The position numbers were made by a program, and so were the translations under genes. DNA of 55,930 bases from Clostridia bacterium (GTDB lineage Bacteria; Bacillota; Sulfobacillia; RBS10-35; JADGHG01), in assembly GCA_019689585.1 (NCBI GenBank), contig JADGHG010000001.1, positions 1 through 55,930 on the forward strand, written 5' to 3'. Below, piece after piece: positions 52,057-55,930 of the stretch; the stretch's first letter is position 1, and each line of letters starts with the position of its first letter. The notes under the pieces are model-generated. The model ran no database searches, was not told the origin of the DNA, and saw nothing but the letters and a program-made list of their open reading frames with translations.

Positions 52057-53358
52057 GGGCAGGGGCTGGGGGCGAGGCCGGAGGCGACCGATCCGGCGGA
52101 TCAGCCGGCGACGGCGCCGGTCCCACGCCTCGAGGCGACGGCGAGCGGCTTCGGCCCTGCCCGGCGCGGCGAAGACCCGCAGCACGCCGATGGCGCGCTC
52201 GGTCGCGGCCAAGGCGCGCGGGAGGTCGCGGGCCCGGTGCTCGTAGTGCTTCGCCAGCTCCAGAAGATCCTCGGGCGAGGGGAGCGGCGCCTCGCGCACG
52301 GCGCCCTCGAAGCGGAGCGCCGCCTCGTCGTAGTCGCCGCGCCTCTTCAAGGCGCGCCCCCAGGCCGAGAGGGCCCGGGCGCGTTCGCCGGGCGAGCGGG
52401 CCGCGCCCAGCGCGGCCGCGAGGGCCGGCTCGGGCGAACGGCCGAAGCGGCTGCGAAGCCGGGCGAGGCCGAGGAGGTCGGCCGTGGGCCAGTCGGTGGG
52501 CGGCCGCTCGAGCGCCTGCGCCACCTGGTGCGTCAGCCCGTAGAGGGCGAGGAGGTCCTCGGCGTTGTGCTCGAGCGCGGGGGCGAGCCAGCGGGGGTCG
52601 CCGCTCGCGAGGTAGGCGAGGTAGGTCTCGGGCATGGCGCCGCCGCCCGGGTCGCCGGGCCGGTCGAAGCCGAGCACCTCGCGGGCGAGCCGGGAAAGCG
52701 TCACCGAGCCCAGCCTCTCCCGCCAGAGCGAGCGGACGAGCGGCAGGAGGTCGAGGTCGGCGAGGGGCGCGCTGGGCCGGAGCCCGGCGAGGACGTGCAT
52801 GTCCACCCAGAGCGCGAGGTCGAAGGCCCGGCCGTTGTGCGTCACCCAGACGGCCTCCCCGAGGTCGCGACCGACTTCCGAGAGGAACCCGGGGACGCGG
52901 TCGAGGTCCGGCAGGACGTGCTGGATCAGGACGAGCTCGCGCCCGCCGCCCGGGCCCGGCTCCTCGCGCAGGACCCCGGCGAGGAAGGCTTTCACGCCCG
53001 CCCCGGCGCCGAGCCCCGTCGTCTCGAGGTCGAACCAGAGGAAGGCCGACGCCCCGGGCGGACGGACGCCGGCCGGCCGCAGGGCGGGCGCGAGGGCCGG
53101 AAGCGGCCCGACGGGCAGGCCGGGCGGGCGCGGGATGCGGCGCGCGAGGCGGACGCTCGCCAGCACGCCGTCGCGGTACAGGAAGGACGCCTCAGCCGCG
53201 AGCTCCGCCCAGGCGCCCTCGGCCGGCGCGAGCTGGCGGCTTGCCCCTCCACCCGCGCCGAGGGGCGCGGGCTCCGGCGTCGCGGGCGCATGGCGGCGGA
53301 AGGCGCCGAAGCGGGCGGGGAGGTCGGGCAAAGGCGGCCCTTCCGCGCGCAGGCTCAC
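51781..53358 (-). CDS. mrfB: MrfB/YprB-like DnaQ-fold exonuclease with C-terminal TPR-like region; the 3' end is questionable
   Basis: Exo motifs FLWFDLETTGL, VTHNGRAFDLALW, EHNAEDLLAL. The GTG at 53358 overlaps the mrfA stop (GTGA). The recognisable protein ends near 52070, but the frame stays open to 51781, antisense to the converging gene. Confidence 0.7.
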   Translation of the reverse strand: MSLRAEGPPLPDLPARFGAFRRHAPATPEPAPLGAGGGASRQLAPAEGAWAELAAEASFLYRDGVLASVRLARRIPRPPGLPVGPLPALAPALRPAGVRPPGASAFLWFDLETTGLGAGAGVKAFLAGVLREEPGPGGGRELVLIQHVLPDLDRVPGFLSEVGRDLGEAVWVTHNGRAFDLALWVDMHVLAGLRPSAPLADLDLLPLVRSLWRERLGSVTLSRLAREVLGFDRPGDPGGGAMPETYLAYLASGDPRWLAPALEHNAEDLLALYGLTHQVAQALERPPTDWPTADLLGLARLRSRFGRSPEPALAAALGAARSPGERARALSAWGRALKRRGDYDEAALRFEGAVREAPLPSPEDLLELAKHYEHRARDLPRALAATERAIGVLRVFAAPGRAEAARRRLEAWDRRRRRLIRRIGRLRPRPQPLPSGEGGRPRPEEAQDAAPGDRLARDERHVPEPLGARPGDEPPEVGAGCHGRLDARRELEAHAHLGGFEAAHGQAQVGSRPHRDGRPRPADDR

Positions 53359-55730
53359 GCCGACTCCCGTCCCCCTAGCCAGGGGCGCAGGATGGCCCGC
53401 GCGGCGCGCTTCCCCTCTGCGCCTTCGGGGGAAGGCGGGCCCACGCAGGCCGGGCAGCCGGCCTCGCAGGCGCACGACCACACGAGCTCGGCCGCGTCGG
53501 CGAGCACGAGCTCCCGGGCGTGGAAGAGCTTCTCGGCGAACCCGACCCCGCCCGGGACGGTCTCGTAGAGGAAGACGGTCGGCTGCCCCGTGAAGGGCGA
53601 GCGCACCTGGGCCGCGGCGCCCAGGTCGTGGGGGGCGCAGAGGAGGTGGAGCGGGGCGAGGCCGCGCAGGGCGTACGCCACGCCGACGAGCCCGGCGGCG
53701 AGCGCCTCCTCGCCGTCGCGGCCGCCCCGGCCCGGGAGGCGGAGCCGGCCGTCGGGCGCGGCGTCGGGGGCGCCGCCGGGCTTGGGGAAGGTGAGCCAGA
53801 AGGCCGTCGTGTGGTAGGTGTCCTCCGGCAGCTCGATCCGGCCCCAGCCGACGTTCTCGTGCGTGTGAAGGCGCACCTTCTTGTAGACCGTCGCGCGCTC
53901 GGTGATCGCCACCTCGCCCCAGGCGGCGCCGGCCGGCCCCCCTGGGCCCGGACGCCGCGGCCGCGCCTCGGCCTCGACCGCGACGTCGAGGACGCGCAGG
54001 TCCACGGCCAGCTCGGCGTCCGTGTAGTAGTCGACCGCGACGGCCCGCACGTACGCCTTCCGCTCCGCGAAGTCCAGCCGGCGCACCTCGTACTGGCGCC
54101 CCTCGTGGAGGTAGATCGCCCCCTCGTGCACGAAGAGCGGGGCGCTCCGGCGCGCCACCTCGCCGAGGACCTTGGGCGCCGCCGTCTCGTCGACGATGAC
54201 GACGTTCTCCCCGTCGGCCGAGCGCAGGCTCACGTCGTTCGCCGGGAACGACTCAGCGCTCCAGTGGAAGCGGCCGCCCGCCTCGCGCAGGACGCCGGCT
54301 CCGGCGAGGAAGTCGAGGATCTCGTCGACCGGGCCGGGGCCGAAGGGCTCGCCGCGCGCGAAGGGCAGCTCGAACGCCGCGCACTTCACGTGGCTCACGA
54401 GGATCTGGAGGTTGTCGGGGCTCACGCGCGCCGCCTCGGGCGGCTCGGCCAGGAAGAAGTCGGGATGGGTGACGATGAACTGGTCGAGCGGCGCGCTCGA
54501 GGCGACGAGGACGGCCAACGCCGGACCGCCCCGGCGCCCGGCCCGCCCCCACTCCTGCCAGGTGCTGGCCACGCTGCCCGGGTAGCCGGCGAGGACGGCC
54601 GCCTCGAGCGAGCCGATGTCCACGCCGAGCTCGAGCGCGTTCGTGCTGACGACGCCGAGCGCCCGACCGCTGCGGAGGTCGCGCTCGGCCCGGCGGCGCT
54701 CCTCCGGGAGATAGCCGCCGCGGTAGCCGTGCACGAGCGGGGCGCGCTCGCCCGCCGCCGCGAGCGCCTCGCGGATGTACGCGAGCAGGAGCTCGACGTG
54801 CAGCCGGCTGCGCGCGAAGACGATCGTGGCGACCCCGTTCCGGAGGAGGCGGACGGCGAAGTCGCGCGCCTCGTGCAGCACCCCGCGCCGGATGCCGAGC
54901 CGCGGGTTCACAAGCGGCGGGTTGCAGAAGAGGAGGTGGCGCTCGGGCTCCGGCGCCCCGCTCTCCGTGACGGCCTCGACCGGCGCCCCGACGAGCGCCT
55001 CCGCCAGCTCCTTCGGGTTGGCGATCGTCGCCGAGGCCGCGAGCACGAGCGGGTCGGAGCCGTGGAAGCGCGCGACCCGGAAGAGCCGGCGCAGCACGTT
55101 CGCCACGTGGCTGCCGAAGACGCCCGAATACCCGTGCAGCTCGTCGAGGACGACAAAGCGCAGGTTCGCGAAAAGCCGCGCCCAGCGCGGATGGTGGGGC
55201 AGGATGCCGCTGTGGAGCATGTCCGGGTTCGTGATCACGATCTGCCCCGTGCGCCGGATCGTCGTGCGCTCCTCGGGCGGCGTGTCGCCGTCGTAGACGT
55301 GGACGCGCGCGGCGAGCCCGGCCGCCTCGAGCCAGCCGGCGAGCGCCGCCTGTTGGTCGCGGGCGAGCGCCTTGGTCGGGAAGACGTAGAGGGCGCGCGC
55401 CTCGGGATCCTCGCACAGCGCCTGGAGCACCGGCAGGTTGTAGGCGAGGCTCTTCCCGGACGCCGTGGGGGTGACGACGACGACGTGGCGGCCGCTCCGG
55501 GCGGCGCGCCAGGCCTCCGCCTGATGGCTCCATAGGAACGGGATGCCGCTTCGCTCGAGCGCCGAGCGCAGGCGCCCGTCCATGTCGCGCGGCCAGGGCG
55601 CCGGCCGGCCGGGGCGGGGCGGGATCCGCTCCCAGCGCACAATCCGTTCGCCGAGCGCCGGATCGCCCGCCATCGCCTCGAGCACCTGGGCCAGGTTCAG
55701 CCCGACCACCCTCTCCCGGGACCGAAACAC
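53355..55730 (-). CDS. mrfA: MrfA/YprA-like DEAD/DEAH-box helicase with C-terminal DUF1998 zinc module
   Basis: TPTASGKSLAY (Walker A), VVLDELHGY (DExH), SATI, VSTNALELGVDIG, C-terminal CxxxxC..CPACV. The start is uncertain among GTG 55730, 55709 and 55706. Confidence 0.9.
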   Translation of the reverse strand: MFRSRERVVGLNLAQVLEAMAGDPALGERIVRWERIPPRPGRPAPWPRDMDGRLRSALERSGIPFLWSHQAEAWRAARSGRHVVVVTPTASGKSLAYNLPVLQALCEDPEARALYVFPTKALARDQQAALAGWLEAAGLAARVHVYDGDTPPEERTTIRRTGQIVITNPDMLHSGILPHHPRWARLFANLRFVVLDELHGYSGVFGSHVANVLRRLFRVARFHGSDPLVLAASATIANPKELAEALVGAPVEAVTESGAPEPERHLLFCNPPLVNPRLGIRRGVLHEARDFAVRLLRNGVATIVFARSRLHVELLLAYIREALAAAGERAPLVHGYRGGYLPEERRRAERDLRSGRALGVVSTNALELGVDIGSLEAAVLAGYPGSVASTWQEWGRAGRRGGPALAVLVASSAPLDQFIVTHPDFFLAEPPEAARVSPDNLQILVSHVKCAAFELPFARGEPFGPGPVDEILDFLAGAGVLREAGGRFHWSAESFPANDVSLRSADGENVVIVDETAAPKVLGEVARRSAPLFVHEGAIYLHEGRQYEVRRLDFAERKAYVRAVAVDYYTDAELAVDLRVLDVAVEAEARPRRPGPGGPAGAAWGEVAITERATVYKKVRLHTHENVGWGRIELPEDTYHTTAFWLTFPKPGGAPDAAPDGRLRLPGRGGRDGEEALAAGLVGVAYALRGLAPLHLLCAPHDLGAAAQVRSPFTGQPTVFLYETVPGGVGFAEKLFHARELVLADAAELVWSCACEAGCPACVGPPSPEGAEGKRAARAILRPWLGGRESA

Positions 55731-55736
55731 GTGTTC
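55725..55736. promoter_or_regulatory. LexA (Cheo) box-like palindrome AAAC-ACGT-GTTC
   Basis: 7 of 8 match to GAAC-N4-GTTC. It is embedded in the perfect 10-bp palindrome AACACGTGTT (55726-55735) and overlaps the first candidate start codon of mrfA. Confidence 0.3.
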
Positions 55737-55800
55737 GTCCCAGAGACGGCGAATCCTGCGCGACGTGGCCGCAATCGCCGGCGGACGCCGCCCTCGCCTC

Positions 55801-55809
55801 TGGTATAAT
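55801..55809 (+). promoter_or_regulatory. extended -10 promoter element TGgTATAAT
   Basis: A perfect TATAAT (55804-55809) with an upstream TG, in the divergent gap. It lies about 50 nt upstream of GGAGGTG and a TTG start. Confidence 0.4.
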
Positions 55810-55873
55810 GACGTCGCTGCCGCGCACGGAAACCCGCGCCGCTACGCGATTTCCCCGCCCGGAGGTGCACGCC

Positions 55874-55930
55874 TTGCCGTTCGGCCTGCGGCTGCCCGTC
55901 GTCCTCGTCGTGGCGGCGGCCGTCCTCGCC
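55874..55930 (+). CDS. 5' fragment of an unidentified secreted or membrane protein (runs off the window)
   Basis: TTG 55874 lies 6 nt after GGAGGTG and encodes LPFGLRLPVVLVVAAAVLA, a hydrophobic N-terminus. Confidence 0.35.
   Translation, partial: MPFGLRLPVVLVVAAAVLA

Noticed and set aside
53355-55730. DUF1998 helicase considered as a DISARM/Dpd-like anti-phage defence component
   Set aside because: It is coupled to a DnaQ-fold exonuclease with a TPR-like tail, the YprA/YprB (MrfA/MrfB) DNA-repair arrangement. There is no methyltransferase, PLD nuclease or other defence partner nearby.
1-55930. Looked for CRISPR arrays, tRNA/rRNA genes, IS elements and long direct or inverted repeats
   Set aside because: No regularly spaced repeats, no tRNA-like T-arm/acceptor patterns in intergenic DNA, and no transposase-like ORFs were seen by eye. 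This was a manual scan, and tRNAscan-SE, Infernal or a CRISPR finder could still reveal small elements.

Overview
Chromosomal core-genome segment from a very GC-rich endospore-forming Firmicute. G+C is above 70% by eye, and the gene order is Bacillus/Clostridia-like, suggesting a Thermaerobacter/Symbiobacterium/Limnochordia-type lineage. About 60 protein genes are called, almost all on the + strand and tightly packed, and at least 17 junctions are 4-nt GTGA/ATGA start-stop overlaps. Gene order: spoIIIAF'(partial)-AG-AH, asp23-amaP-DUF2273, nusB-folD-xseA-xseB-ispA, a 770-nt non-coding gap, dxs-tlyA. Then a TetR-paaABCD-thioesterase block, iadA (- strand), icd, nadK-recN, spoIVB, spo0A, leucine dehydrogenase, and two uncharacterised genes (one is DUF3866). 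Then spoIIM, ald, xerD, lgt, dacF-spoIIAA-spoIIAB-sigF, a membrane-anchored dodecin, spoVAC-AD-AE, lysA, an M50 peptidase, scpA-scpB and ytfI-ytfJ-ku-ligase-primase (NHEJ). Then a DAO-type FAD oxidoreductase, a polar amino-acid ABC transporter, a second DD-carboxypeptidase, a UPF0182 membrane protein, asnS, rodZ and a third DD-carboxypeptidase. On the - strand sit mrfB-mrfA (yprB/yprA-like exonuclease and helicase). No rRNA, tRNA, CRISPR array, IS or prophage was seen. The most interesting item is the long, promoter-bearing, hairpin-rich gap between ispA and dxs. That is the canonical locus of OLE RNA, but here the usual downstream oapA gene is missing. Other points: a Nextera adapter remnant at the contig start; an 83-nt pure G/C tract inside spoVAD; a membrane-tethered dodecin between sigF and spoVAC; NHEJ genes fused to ytfIJ; a PaaR-like operator; a perfect Spo0A box upstream of spoIIAA; a LexA-box-like palindrome on the mrfA start; and an mrfB tail running antisense through a converging gene. 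Because stop codons are rare at this GC content, many very long ORFs in the track are frame artefacts. Calls rest on recognisable motifs, synteny and start-site context. No database search or computation was run.
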